From Eledone cirrhosa (taxonomy: Eukaryota): a stretch of 64,000 nucleotides of DNA. The DNA lies in contig OZ024740.1 of assembly GCA_964016885.1 (NCBI GenBank), positions 133,176,001-133,240,000 on the forward strand, written 5' to 3'. The position numbers and the translations under genes were made by a program. Shown in pieces: positions 30,050 through 43,582 of this stretch. Positions within the stretch are counted from its first letter, which is position 1. Every line of letters begins with the position of its first letter. The notes under the pieces were generated by a model. That model made no database searches, was not told where the DNA came from, and worked only from the letters and a program-made list of their open reading frames with translations.

Positions 30050-30480
30050 CTAGTTATCGATTCGCTATTATGAACACGTTCTTCCAGCCAGATACATGCA
30101 CAAATAAAGATGGTATAAGGGGAATAAGGGACACAGAAAAATAATTGATGTTATTATTGTCTCTGATCTCTTTGATTCTATGCTGGGAGTTCGTGTTAAT
30201 AGAGGGCTTGAGCTGTCAACTTGATCGCCCTCTAATTATCTGCAACTTACGACTAACTAAATCTAAGGAGAGCACAAATCTGGCAAGTCCAGGGTGACCT
30301 ACAGGATAATGTGGGAATCATTGGTGGATAAGGAAATTGGGACCACGTATGCTGATATTGTATCGACATTCAGAGAACTCCCTGAGCACACAAAAGACTT
30401 TAAGACAGAAGGGATATTCTTAATCGAATCGGAAGTGATAATCCCAATTTTCAAAAAGGGAGATAGGAGAGATTGTTCCA
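30050..30480 (+). mobile_element. Degenerate LINE APE/RT fragment
   Basis: IIPIFKKGDRRDC motif, with an upstream VNRGLELST-like APE end. Confidence 0.55.
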
Positions 30481-30799
30481 TTGCTTAGTTACTTTTCCAT
30501 AGAGACAGGCCACCCAGTATATACACGTCAGCAGAGAATCCCTTCTCTATGTGAGGCTTTTAACATCACGAGCCGTATTTCATCTTCCCCCATCGGCCTT
30601 GACTCATTTGAGCACATTAACTTCTTTTGTGTACTCCGCGTCTGTGACATCAGTCACCCCTCCTAGATGCACCTTGTGTACACCCGAAGACAATCTTGTG
30701 AATGAAAGGCATAAAACATTTAGAAAAAATCGATTTAAACTCTTTCTACCAAAATTCAACAATCCGGACAGAAATAAGAACTGCATTGGTAAGAAAAGA

Positions 30800-32150
30800 A
30801 CTCCAAAGACCAAATATTGACATTGCAGCCTTATCAGAAACACGTCTATAGGCCTGATGAGCTGACTGAAGCATCATCATGTTTCACAAGGAAACCAAAA
30901 GAAGAACGGTGAGATAGTGGTGTAGGTTTTGCAGTTCGAAATACTCTAGCACGCTATTAAGTGTCTCCCTCTAGAATCAGTGACCAAATAGTAAAGTTGT
31001 GCATTAAATTCTTATGCGGGCGATGTACAAGAATTTTCCCAGTTTATGCTTTAACTCTCCAGGCCAACGAAGAAACTATTATGACGTTCTTCGAATCCCT
31101 TCTTATTGCAATTACATCTACTCCAGTTGGTGTAAAAGGGATACTTCTTCCTCATTCCAACGAGGAGATTGGCAGAGACCATAATATATAGGATGCACAT
31201 AGACATTACAGATGTTTAAGATGAATACTAATTGTTTGAAGCTACTTGAGCTATATTCAGAACTAAACATAGCCATTTGCCAAAAGAAAAAGAAAATATA
31301 TCAATTTACCTAGATCCATCGAATGTCAAACAATGACTACAAGATTGATTTCATGTTAACCTGAAGATTAACCTGACTTGAATGATGACTCGAATGTGAG
31401 CGTCATGCATAGTGCAGAATGCAACACAGACACTGAACAGGTACGGAGAAAGTTAAATTTACGTGTTCGAACAATGAATCGTATATGTGGGATCAAAATA
31501 CTGAAGCGTACTGATGTTGGGAAGCTAAAACAGCCAGATCCATGTGAGGTTTTAAATACACGATTTAATAGTCTTGACTTCGAGAGAACGTGAGAAAACT
31601 TCAGCTATCAAATGTACGCAGTCGGAGCAGAAGAATTTGGATTCAGTGTGAAAAGGCTTGTTTGATGATAATGATCAAGCTACCATCCAGCTACTGAAAG
31701 AAGACATGCTCTTTGTGAAAAGATATCGGAAGAGGTTCCCTGCAAACCAACCTGTCCTCTAGAAAACATATAATGAATATAAAACTACCTCATAGTGTGA
31801 ACTGAAATGGCTTAAGTATGATTGATGATTGAGGATCTCTTCAGACATTCACAGCACTTATACAAGATTCAAAACAGATCCCTGGCCTTTTGCGTGAAGA
31901 GTAAGGCCAAACACCTTCGTGTATTGTTCCTATGAGGTCAAAAGACAACATTGCCATCATTAAGGTACAAGCGGAAATACTGAAGCGTTGGCAAGAGCAC
32001 ATCACTTATTTATTTAATAATCCACCATCAGGTGATCATGATGTGATAGATAGCATTCATCCAAGTGTTGTGAATTTCAGCATAGATCGTTTGCCATCTC
32101 GTGATGTAGTAAAACTGGTTATCAACTAGATTAAAACTGGTAAAGTACAT
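30800..32150 (+). mobile_element. Degenerate RTE fragment (APE to start of RT)
   Basis: DIAALSETR, GVGFAVRN, SAECNTD and EILKRWQEH are colinear with the 6845-10250 ORF. Confidence 0.75.
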
Positions 32151-32800
32151 TGATTTTTTTAATTTGTAATCATATGTCTATTTATGCATGGTTGTACAGG
32201 TGTACTTTATTTTGATATACTATTTCTAAAATCGCTTCTGCTTAATTGAGCGTGCAATTTGTAATGCATTAATTGGTATGGTATGAACCTCATCTATGGT
32301 ATGTAGTTATCTATTGCAAATAATTCTTTTGATATTTCAAAAATTATCTATATTCCTTAGGGTATGTAGAGTGACGGACAGATAACTCGTATGTATCGTG
32401 GTATGCTCCACCGCTCTACAAAGACACATATGTAGAATTAAAATTATGCTAAGTGTATAACTTGGGTATTCTCTCACAATTAATACATTTTTAGCACTGT
32501 AGCCCGTATCCTGATAGTCTACAATAGAATTTCCAACGGCTATGAAAATCCTCAGCCGATTTTAAATTACTGCTGTATCAAGGAAACTGGATAGCATTGA
32601 GGTTCCCTCATCTTTACCAGGATCTATATTAGTAAACCCCAATATGACGATAAATATAAAATATAGATATAGATATATTCAGCTATCGTGAATCCTGTTT
32701 TGCTTTCAAACATTTCAAGTTGACTAAGTTGAATTCGCTCAACGAAACGCTAGTCCTCTCTATTTTAATTCTTCATTGTAGTATTGAATTTAATAATAAT

Positions 32801-32887
<87 letters not shown>

Positions 32888-33047
32888 AATGCGTTAGAAA
32901 CTTTGTTGATATGTAATCAACAGTTATGTTCATAAGAGATACGAAGCACTCGACAAATAAAATTTATCTGGAGTATTATGATAATAATAGTAATAAACGG
33001 AATATATAATACTATAGCAATAAATAAATAAATAAATAATGGTGCTA

Positions 33048-33308
33048 TAGTGTGTGTCTGTAAATTAAAGGTGGAAAACTGGGAGAGGGCACTTGCCCTG
33101 GTGGTCAGGGCCACTGTGGTCTTTTAATGGGCTTTCTCCACAAATGTCCCTCGGAAGTCTCCCCCTATTGGGGAATTTTTCTTTGTTATTTTATTTCAAC
33201 CTCCGTTTTTTTTTTTACAAGCAGCAATGCCCATTTGTACCGTCCTGTATTGTCCTGTACTGTCCTTAACGTCTACTTTATGTAAACCCTTGTGGTTAAT
33301 AAAGAAAA

Positions 33309-33339
<31 letters not shown>

Positions 33340-33345
33340 GTTATT
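33048..33345 (+). mobile_element. 3'-terminal fragment of the L1/Tx1 family
   Basis: Closely matches 39838-40115 and ends in (ATT)n. Confidence 0.9.
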
Positions 33346-33535
33346 AGACGTGAATTGGCAGTATCGGTAGAGGGTCTGACGCCGTGCTTTGCAGCAAAGA
33401 GTTACGTCCCTTTATGGGCGGAGTTCAAATCCCGCAAAGGTTAACTTTGCCTCTCATCCTTACGGGGTTGATAAAATAAAGTACCAGTAATGTACTGTGC
33501 AATTGCTGGCCTTGTACCAATAGAGAAATAATTAT
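33346..33535 (+). mobile_element. tRNA-derived SINE
   Basis: A/B boxes and core on the plus strand. Confidence 0.85.
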
Positions 33536-33541
33536 TGTATT

Positions 33542-33736
33542 AGGGTGGTGGATTGGCAGTATCGGTAGAGAGGCGGAAGCCATGCTTTGACGCATAGAGT
33601 TATGGCCCTTGCCATTCTGAGTTCAAATCCCGCCGAGGTTAACTTTGCCTTTCATCCTTACGGGGTCGATCAAATAAAGTACCAGTAATGCACTGGGTAA
33701 TTGCTGGTCTTGTGCCAAACGTAGAAACAATTATTG
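33542..33736 (+). mobile_element. tRNA-derived SINE (tandem neighbour)
   Basis: ggtggattggcagtatcggtagag..gagttcaaatcccgccgagg..gcctttcatccttacggggtcgat. Confidence 0.9.
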
Positions 33737-33739
33737 TTA

Positions 33740-34214
33740 CTGAGATACATGCCGAGTGTCTTCCTGACACCTAGGGCAAATAAATTCACAGTGTGCATGG
33801 GTAAGCCAGTTAATACAGCACATTGATTATAATTTAAAAAAAAAGAAAACAAAACAGTATACATATATACACATGTGCATATGCATATGTAAATACAAGG
33901 AGGGATATCAATCTTACAGAGATAGAGCTCTTCTCAATAAATGTGCAGTACCAGTCAAAACAATTTGTTGCACCTCGTGCAGAGAGGGTAAACCAGGAAT
34001 CATTCGCAAATATTGTTCTGTTCCTTCCTTGATCATTCCCAGTCCTACCACAATCACTGGTACTGTAACGGCCTTGAGGTGCCACACTTTCTCAATTACA
34101 ATAAGCAGATCTTTATATTTTCGTAGCTTGTCAAATTCTTTTGCCGTGATATTGTGATCACATGGGATGCTCATATCTATCAATAAACAGACCTTGTTAT
34201 GTTGATCTTTTACA

Positions 34215-34215
<1 letters not shown>
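33740..34215 (-). mobile_element. 3' fragment of an R4/Dong-like element (restriction-like endonuclease C-terminus)
   Basis: IDMSIPCDHNITAKEFDKLRKYKDL..VPVIVVGLG..VLTGTAHLLRRAL*. Confidence 0.85.
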
Positions 34216-34250
<35 letters not shown>

Positions 34251-34459
34251 GGCGACCTACGTAGTAAATCGTATCATCGTGAGCTCCGCAAAGGTTTGTT
34301 ATTTCCGTTTGTTAAACATTTCCATTTATGGAAAATTTTTATTGTTAACTATATATAAGCGCGCATACATTGTTTTCCGAAAAGGACACCCAAAAAGATT
34401 GAGGCCTTGTGCCAAAATTTAAACTTTTATGATTATCAAAAATTTATTTGAAAAAAAAA

Positions 34460-36458
34460 ATGGCTAATTCACCACTGCACCAAGCAGCTGAAAGCCTTTC
34501 TCACAAATTAACACCTCACACCGACACCACCATTGTAAATGATTATACGTCTTCCAACACACGCAATTTAAGCACTAGCAATATTTTAAATTTGTCTCAG
34601 GCAGACATTCATTTCCCGTCATTACCAATGACTGCAGGTGTTAAAGCCGCCACCACCACCACCACCGCGACAACCACCACCCCCACCACCACCGCGACAA
34701 CAGAAACAAAAGGAAAAAATAAATCAACTCGTGATGTCGAAATATTTTCAACCAAAATGGACTCTCCCAAACCGACTTTCAATGACGTCACCACCACCAC
34801 AACTGAAACCAAAATTAAGAATAACAAAAATAACGATAGCAACAAAAACAACAATGACATTAAAAAAACCACCCTGAGTTTTGCCAGAGTAGCAAAACAG
34901 TTCGAAGCATTTACGGTAACTCAGGAGGATTTAGAAAATGCCAAACAAATGGTAAAGAAAGATGGGTACAGGGGGTCAGCCTCACCCCCCCCCCCAACCC
35001 CCACCTAATAAAATGGAGCATCGGCGCCTATGCACCGTGTCGTATCGAACAATAAATGTAAAATCGCGCCGAGTGGAACGGGCATCCGAGTCCCAAATCC
35101 CAAAAGCTTTGGGACATGTGTGGGCAAGAAAAACCCACATCAGACGTGGGCAGAAGTATGGAACCGTGGACGTGTTCTTTGAAACACCAGAGGAGGCTAG
35201 AGAACACTCCATGGCCCCATTAAGAAGTGACGACTTCACACTCGTCCCAAGCTATTGTGGCCAGAGACTCGTAAAGATCAGGGTGACCCACGTTCCTCCG
35301 GCCATCGAAATTCCCTGGCTAATAGCGGCCGTCCTCGCCGGCATTGAAGCCAACACAAAGATAATAGCAATAGCAAAAGAAAAGCAGGAGAACTGGTCCG
35401 GATCTGGGATGGAGCTCCTGATCCAAGCGAACCAAAAAAGCATTGAGGAGATCCCAGAGGTAATAGACCTCACTGACGGCAGCCACCTCACCGTAATTGT
35501 CGAGGGCAGAAGACCTAGGTGTGTCGTTTGTGGTGAAGGAACCCACCTAAGGGCTTTCTGCCCTCAGGCTAAAAGGTTGAGGCCACCTCTCCTACCCACA
35601 CAAGTGACACAACCATCAACACCACCAGTAGCAGAGATGGCAGCAACAACTGTTGCAGCAACAACAGAAGCAACTATAACAGCAACAACCCCAGCAACAG
35701 TAGCAAAACCAACACCACCACCACCAGCAAACCAACACCACCACCACCCAACGCTTCAGAACTAGCACCAGCGCCTACACCATCCACCACGCCACAACCA
35801 AAACTAACGCCTGTGGAGGATTTTCCACTCCGCGGCCTATCACAACTGGAGACAGATTGTGACGACGAGGAGTGGGAAACGGTATCAGGAAAAAAAAAAA
35901 AAGAAACCAAAAAAGAAAAAATTCTCTTCCTTCCCCTCCAAAAACAAAATACAGAGGGAAACAAATAAATTAACAAACAAAAAAGTTAGGACAGATATGC
36001 CACCATCCACACCAGCATCACCAACCCCATCAACCCAAACACCAACACTATCACCATCATTAACCCCAACACCACCATCACCTACACCACAAAAGTCACC
36101 AAAATGCGAAACAGAAACAAACCCACAACAAACGCAAACAAAACAAAACAACCAAAACGATACACACTACACAGCATTAAATTTGAACAACAAGCAATTT
36201 TTACACTACATCCAACACAACACCAGCATCACAGAAAATGACTACACAACAACCCAAAAATTCTCACCACCTCCACACATACAAATCACTCGCATCACAC
36301 AGAAAACGTACATGACACTAAAACAAAAATTCCCCAAAGACATCAGAGACTTCCGACAAGCACTCTCCAGGAGGATTTATAAGGACATCCTTCCTGAGGA
36401 GCCCACAAGCAGTGAAAAGGATGGAAAAACCGTCCTTCCCCTACGAGAAGTAAGGTAA
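34460..36458 (+). pseudogene. L1/Tx1 ORF1 with CCHC zinc knuckle, frameshifted in homopolymer runs
   Basis: CVVCGEGTHLRAFC; Thr/Pro-rich segments in ORFs 34448, 34962 and 35859. Confidence 0.8.
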
Positions 36459-36493
36459 GTGGTCTTTCCCATCTTTTCCACTCCTTTTTCAAC

Positions 36494-39400
36494 ATGACCT
36501 CACACAGAATAGGCAGCATAAATGCGCGTGGCTTGGGGTCGTCATGGAAGCAGGGCCACCTGCTCAACGACCTCAGGTCATTAAACATAGATGTAGTGGC
36601 CATCAGCGAGACCAGAATCTCCGAAGCACGGGCCTTCTCACCGATCTTCGGCGGCTACGATGTGTACACATCTCCCAGCCGTCCGGGATCGGGGGGAGGA
36701 GTTGCTGTGCTTTTTCGGAGAGGTTTGGATCTTGCCATACGGGCCATCTTCCTGGACCCAGAAGGTAAGTTGGTGGTGCTGGACGTGACCAGCGGAGAAG
36801 GGCAAGCTTTCAGGTTAGTGGCCGTCTATGATTTCTTCCGGCGTCTGGAGACATTTCTTGGAACGTCCCGCTCTTTAGTGTTAGTGGGCGACTGGAACGG
36901 GATCTTAGATGCACGCTGGGATTGTGTGGGATTAGTGGATAGGGAAGGAGGGTGCAAGAGTCTCACCAACCTGCTCAGGCGTTTTGAACTGTCTGACAGG
37001 TACCGAATGGATTTCCCGAATGTACCAATGTGGACTTGGACAAATCGCATAGGGTCATCCAGATCATATCTAGATAGAGTATTTTGTAGGGAAATAGATA
37101 GGTCTAGCATAGGCTGTCCACAATTCAAGATAGTCAGCTACACGGACCACAAATTCGTGATCTGTGTGCTTGACTTAGATAGGCTTCATAGACGAGGATA
37201 CGGCTACTGGAAGCTAAACGCGTCCTTACCAGCGCGCAAGGCCTACAGAGACCGGATTAGCGAACTAGTTAAGCGGGTGTTGACGGGGGCCATCGTCAAC
37301 AACAAGTGGTGGTTTGCTCTGAAAAGAGCGATTAGAATAGAATCCATTAGGTTTAGTAAGGCTTTAGCAATAGAGAAAAATAGAGCAGGGGGAGAATTAG
37401 TTAGAAAATTAGACGAGGCGCTTAGCAAAGGCATTGCGACCGACGTTCTTGCAGCGAAATTGGCTCTTGACCAATTCTTCAATGCAAAGCACGAAGGCTG
37501 CGTTGTCAGAGCAAGGGTGCGTGCTCTCAGACACGAGGGGACGAAAGCCGTTCAATGGGCCTAGTGGCGGAGGCGCGTCGTGGCAACAAAGCCACGATCC
37601 GGTCTTTGGTGGACCACGACGGGCGCATGCTACTCGATCCCGGGCAAATGTGTGAAGCTTTTCAGCGACACTTCGCTCAGCTGTTCGGGGGAAGCGGTGG
37701 CCCGGGTCGAGGGATGGACTTTAGTGTCTACCTCGACGGACTGCCGCGGCTCTCGGCCACTGAGGCGAAGTGTTGCGAAAAGCCGATAACAGCCGCTGAA
37801 GTAAGGGAGGCAATGACTGGCTGCACAAGGGGTAAATCGCCTTGTTTGGATGGTCTGCCCTATGAACTTTACGTACAGATGCCAGACTTGTTCGGAGGCC
37901 TCTTGGCAGACGTCTACTGCAACTGGCAACAGAACGGGAGAATTCCCAGTTCTGTGAGCCGAGGAGCGGTGGCACTGCTGAGAAAGGATCCGAACAAGGG
38001 GGATAACATATATAATTTTAGGCCCATAACTCTGCTAAACACAGAGTTCAAGATTTTGGATAAGGTGCTAGCAAAGAGGTTGGCGCTTGTCGTTGGTGGT
38101 CTGGTGGGAGAGGCGCAGACATGCGCCATTCCCGACAGATCCATCCACGACAACCTCCACCTCATGCGAAACATCGTAGAGAGGGTAGCTAGGGAACCTG
38201 GCACGGGTGGGTCCTTGATCAATTTAGATCAGTCGAAAGCTTTCGATAGGGTCGACCATCGTTACCTAGCGGCAGTCCTGAGGGCGGCTGGCTTTGGGCC
38301 CGTCTTCAGAGGCTGGATCGCTGCCATGCACAGCGACATCTGCTCTGTGGTGAGAGTGAACGGTCAACTGTCGGAACCGTTCAACATCATGCGCTCGGTC
38401 CGCCAAGGATGTCCCCTCTCGTCCCTCTTGTGCGTATTGACTCTCGAGCCATTACTGCACAAACTGGAGACGTTGAGGGGCGTCCCGCGCGAACTAGCAT
38501 GCAGAAGATCCGTGTCAGCATATACGGACGATGTCACCGTAGTGGTGTCGAACGCCAAATACATCGAGGCCATCAGCACTACACTAAGAGAATACGAAGC
38601 GGTGACAGGAGCAATGATCAACCAGGAAAAGTCACCGTCTGCAGCTCGGCACCTGGAGAGGCAGATCCATGCCGTCCAACAGCGTCGTCGGACGCTGGAC
38701 GGACGGACCGGTTAAATTGCTAGGGGTCCGGTTCGGTCCGGACCTCCAGATGGACAAAAACTGGGACGAGGTGACGAGCAGGGTGGCTTCTCTCACCCAG
38801 AAATGGGCGGAGAGGAAGCTATCCCTGAAAGCTCGAGCGGAGGTGGCTAACGCGTACATCACGTCTGTCATCTGCTACCGCCTGACCGTCGTACCTTGTC
38901 CTAAGCCTCGCCTGACTGCGCTGGAGCGTTTGCTCTTTCCCTTTTTGTGGAAGGGACGCGCTCCGATGGTCAGGCGGTCCATCTGTTGTCAACACCCTCT
39001 ACGTGGAGGGCTGGGCATGCCGTGGCTGATGATGCGCAGGCACGCGCTCAGGCTACGACATCTCCACCACTTTCTCGACGGTGATCAGGTGTGGTCGCCG
39101 TTTGCTAGACACGTATTTCCCCAGCTCGTTTCCTTGACGGAGCTGCAGTCCTGGGTCTTCAGGCGCTCACAGACCTCGACCAATCGGGCAATGTGATCGG
39201 TGGAAACTCCACCTCGGCGTTCTATAGAGGATTAGTGGAGGGGAAGAGCGACGACGTACTTGGGGAAACTCTAAGCGTCGACGAAAATCAACTAGCCAAT
39301 CTCTTCGGAAGAACTTTCGGGCCAGGGCCTATGGACAACTTCCAGAAATATCTGGCCTGGCAGTGCTACCGAGGAGCCTTGCCAGTTCGGGATAAACTCT

Positions 39401-39846
39401 ACAGGCATGGAGGTGCCGTCAGCGGGCATGTCCGAGATGCGCGCAGAGCGACGAAACCGTTCTGCACGCACTCGTCCAGTGTCCGAAAATTGCTGACTTG
39501 TGGGTTTATGTCGAACACCTGCTGTCGCGTTTAGGACGGATCCGGCTATCATCTGAGTCCATCATGAGGAATTCCCCGCCCTCCTCCTTTAGCCGGGAAG
39601 GCCAGGCAGTTTTTATCTGTCTGTTGGCCATGGCGAAATAGATAGTATGGTGGACACGTTTGAAAGGGCTGAAGACGAGCACTTACCTCTTCGGTGATGC
39701 TCTGATTGACTTTTTCAAATTTCATTTGAAAAGGAAAATCAGAGTAGAGAGGGAAATGCTCTCTTCCCAGCATTTTGTTGAAAGATGGGTGAGAGAAGCA
39801 AGAATGGCCCGAGTGAATGGGCCTACTCTGAGTATATATCTGTAAA
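36494..39846 (+). pseudogene. L1/Tx1 ORF2 (APE + RT), frameshifted
   Basis: SINARGL, ISETR, GDWN, YLDR, TDHK, GYWKLN, FRPITLLN, DQSKAFDRVDH, VRQGCPLS, YTDD. Confidence 0.92.
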
Positions 39847-40162
39847 TTAAAGGTGGAAAACTGGGAGAGGGCACTTGCCTTGGTGGTCAGGGTCATTGTG
39901 GCCTTTTACTGGGCTTTCTCCACAAATGTCCCTCCGAAGTCTCCCCCCTATTGGGGAATTTTTCATTGTTATTTTTTGTTACATCCTCTGTTTTTGTTTT
40001 TTACACGCAGAAATGCCCATTTGTACCGTCCTGTATTGTCCTGCACTGTCCTTAATGTCTACTTTATGTAAACCCTTGTGGTTAATAAAGAAATCATTAT
40101 TATTATTATTATTACTATATATGTATATATATATATATATATATACATACACACACACACTT

Positions 40163-40208
<46 letters not shown>

Positions 40209-40216
40209 GTATATTC

Positions 40217-40249
<33 letters not shown>

Positions 40250-40259
40250 TGTATATATA

Positions 40260-40363
40260 AATATTGTTATACTTTGGGAGGGCCATGTTGCCAGTTAGAA
40301 ACACTCGCACCTGGTGTGTGTGTTTCTTATTGGCAACATGACCCTCCCAAAGTATAACAATAT
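40260..40363. repeat. ~100-bp fold-back palindrome in TA-rich sequence
   Basis: atattgttatactttgggagggccatgttgcca..tggcaacatgaccctcccaaagtataacaatat. Confidence 0.9.
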
Positions 40364-40419
40364 CGGTTTCAACACACGTATTCAGATAAAGAACCTTGCT
40401 AAACAAATTCAGAAACGAA

Positions 40420-40461
<42 letters not shown>

Positions 40462-40474
40462 ATGTGTGTGTGTG

Positions 40475-40589
<115 letters not shown>

Positions 40590-40711
40590 ATGTATATAGG
40601 AAGAGATTCAGGACACCCGACGACTGAGCTCTACTACCCTAAGTATCGAGTACTATGATGCTTTATAGTCCACCTTCTTCCTTATCACACTGTCTCTGTT
40701 ATATATATATA

Positions 40712-40778
<67 letters not shown>

Positions 40779-40792
40779 TTACATATACGTGT

Positions 40793-40907
40793 GTGTGTGT
40801 GTACATACATATTCTGCGTCGTGTGTTTGTGTGTGTGTACATACATATTCTGCGTCGTGTGTTTGTGTGTGTGTACATACATATTCTGCGTCGTGTGTTT
40901 GTGTGTA
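40793..40907. repeat. 36-bp minisatellite, 3 copies
   Basis: tacatacatattctgcgtcgtgtgtttgtgtgtgtg at 40802, 40838 and 40874. Confidence 0.9.
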
Positions 40908-42125
40908 TGTTTACAGAGAAAGTAAGACCAAGTGTATGAATATTCGTTTACTGTCTGTTACTCTATGATGTACTAATCCTTTATATTCGACTAGTTTAGA
41001 TTTTTAATCACGACTTCTCTATTCTAGATGATCTATTATTTACATTGTATCAGTTTTTATGTTTCAAGTATGTCATTTATTCTCCAGGTGCAACAACCAC
41101 GATGATATACTCATCGTTACGTGATTTCTAGAATTTGGTAATGAAATTACAATTTATGGAAAACAAAGAAAATTCATTTAGTGAGATCGCAGAGGTCTTT
41201 ATGTCTAAACGAGTTTGGTGTGTGTGACTGAATAGCAGATATTTACTGCATCAATGATCATTTGCTTGTGAAAACGATAGCGGTAAATATGTGAACTATG
41301 GTTCATGGTTGTTGAAGTAGAGCAGACAAAGGAAAGAAATGTCTAATCACAACTTATGCTGTTCTATTATATAGACATTTTGATGAATTACTTGTATCAA
41401 CAAAATGGCTAAACGTCAGTGACCGGGAAATAGGTAGACAATCAGAGAGAATGTGAAGAAATACAGAAACTGACATAAGTTAAAAGAATAATCAAATAAT
41501 AAAAGAACAAAAATACAAAGTCGGTGAAAAGTAAGAAAAAAGCCAACTTTCCGGAGCCACACCAGAGAAGATTAAAATAGAAATAAATGAAAGAAAACAA
41601 ATTATAATGAAAGAAAGAGAGAATGAATCCTGCAAATAAATTTTAAAATATTAAAATCGTCATACAAAAGGTAATTTCCGGGTATACAAGGCAAACGAGA
41701 TGAGACCTTTGCCATAGATCTTGGTCATATTTCAATAATGTCGGAAAGTCTTTAAATTATCTTTTTCTATCTTTGTCAAACTATATATAAATTTCGTTGA
41801 AAAGTCTTGGGTCAAAAGAATGCGTCTTGTAACATTTGTGGCTTAAACATCAATAGTTAGAAATTCTATTATCATCGTTATCTAATCTTTCCTCTTAAAC
41901 TTGTCTCACTTTTCCTTATTGACAGTTTTATATGTAGACATTGAAGTATAATAAATCAAACATTTTCTCTGATAATATATATTTGTAGAAGAAACAATCT
42001 ATGATATGAAAACATAGACACATATTCGCACATACAGCCATAGCCTATTGAGTAGTGTAAAGTGAACATTTCCAAAAATAATTCCAAAGGTTCTCCAGTT
42101 GCTTCTGTTGAAGAGATATGTAAAC

Positions 42126-42260
42126 ACTCATTTCTACAGCTGAGTGAAATGGACTAGCCTGAAATAAAGTATCTTGGTCAAGGACATAGCGCATCTTCTG
42201 GTCAGTGGATCAAATTCACAACCTTGTGAGTCCGGGTCTCTTACCATTAACCCACACACC
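42126..42260 (-). mobile_element. Second tRNA-derived SINE family, degenerate
   Basis: gggttaatggtaag..gtgaatttgatcc..gtccttgaccaagatacttta..ctcagctgtagaaatgagt. Confidence 0.55.
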
Positions 42261-42461
42261 TTTACAAACATATATATATATAAACGGAAAAAGTGAAACG
42301 AAATTTCATTTCTCACTCTTAGTACGGCTGTTACTTAAATATAAGTATGTATATTGTATATATGTATAAAAAAGTAGAAACAATTATATATATTTATTTA
42401 TATATATATATCATCATCATCATCATCTTTGTTTAACGTCCATTTTCCACGCTAGCATGGG

Positions 42462-42537
<76 letters not shown>

Positions 42538-42540
<3 letters not shown>

Positions 42541-43467
42541 AACGAGTAGGACCCCGACGGCTGAGCTCAAGCCGTTTGGACGGCTAATTCTGGACTAAAT
42601 GAAAATTGTTATCCTGGTATATGAATAGCCGAGCTTCTCATATTTCCATATATGATAAAAGTGATTGTCACAAGGATTGGTCAAAAGTTTGTTGTTGAGA
42701 CATAATAATTCTATCATGGCAATTTGTGGAGGGAAGGGATAGCTGAACCTGCCAGTAGAAGAAAGAGGGAGAGGGGGTGGAGGTAACCCAGTCGTGCGTT
42801 GATAGTGCCAACTACAGCTGGGCTGTAAGATATACTCGGTTGATTACTTATACCTCTTAAAAGGGTCTCATTATAATTCCTTCCCACCTAGTAAACCTTT
42901 CTTTAGTCTAGCAGTACCAGTGAGAGACTTGATAGCTGTCCTTAGGTTATAGTAACGAGAAATTGTGTTTTTTTACATTTAATTGTTTTTTAACACTCGG
43001 TATTTTTCTATATATTTACCCCATATTGTTTTACTTATTGTTTCGACTCCCCCCCCCCCCCTCCCCTCCCTAGTATATTCTTTGACCTCCTGCCCAGCTG
43101 TAGTTGGCACTGTCAACGCACGACTGGGTTTCCTTCACCCCCTCTCCCTCTTTCCTCTTTCTTCTACTGGCAGGTTCAGCTACCCCTTCCCTCCACAAAT
43201 TGCCATGATAGAATTATTATGTCTCAACAACAAACTTTTGACCAATCCTTGTGACAATCACTTTTACCATATATGGAATTACCCCCTGAGAAGCTCCGCT
43301 ATTCATATACCAGGATAAAAATGTTCATTTAGTCCAGAATTATTCGTCGAAACGGCTTGATCTCAGCCGTCGGGGTCCTACTCGTTCCTATTACCCACTC
43401 TACTACCCTAAGTATTGAGTAATTTGGTGCGTTATGGTCCACCTGGTTCCTTACCACATTTCTTTCG

Positions 43468-43470
<3 letters not shown>
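42538..43470. mobile_element. Longest copy of the variant-hammerhead family, with ~290-bp inverted arms
   Basis: 42538-42823 is the reverse complement of 43092-43389. Flanked by (TA)n. Confidence 0.85.
43281..43376 (+). ncRNA. Hammerhead-like motif with CUGAGAAG core
   Basis: acccc-CTGAGAAG..tc-GAAAC-ggcttgatctcagcc-GTC-ggggt. Confidence 0.6.
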
Positions 43471-43538
<68 letters not shown>

Positions 43539-43582
43539 AAGTAATTCCGTCGGAATGTTATTACATAAATATATATATATAT

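Larger units (their letters stand above)
34251..40115 (+). mobile_element. L1/Tx1-clade LINE, apparently full length, inactivated
   Basis: Two-ORF layout, bounded by (ATT)n on both sides. Confidence 0.9.

Noticed and set aside
33542-33640. tRNA gene
   Set aside because: The A/B boxes belong to a multicopy SINE head and there is no full cloverleaf.
40793-40907. CRISPR-like 36-bp repeats
   Set aside because: Head-to-tail with no unique spacers, in a eukaryotic context; a minisatellite.
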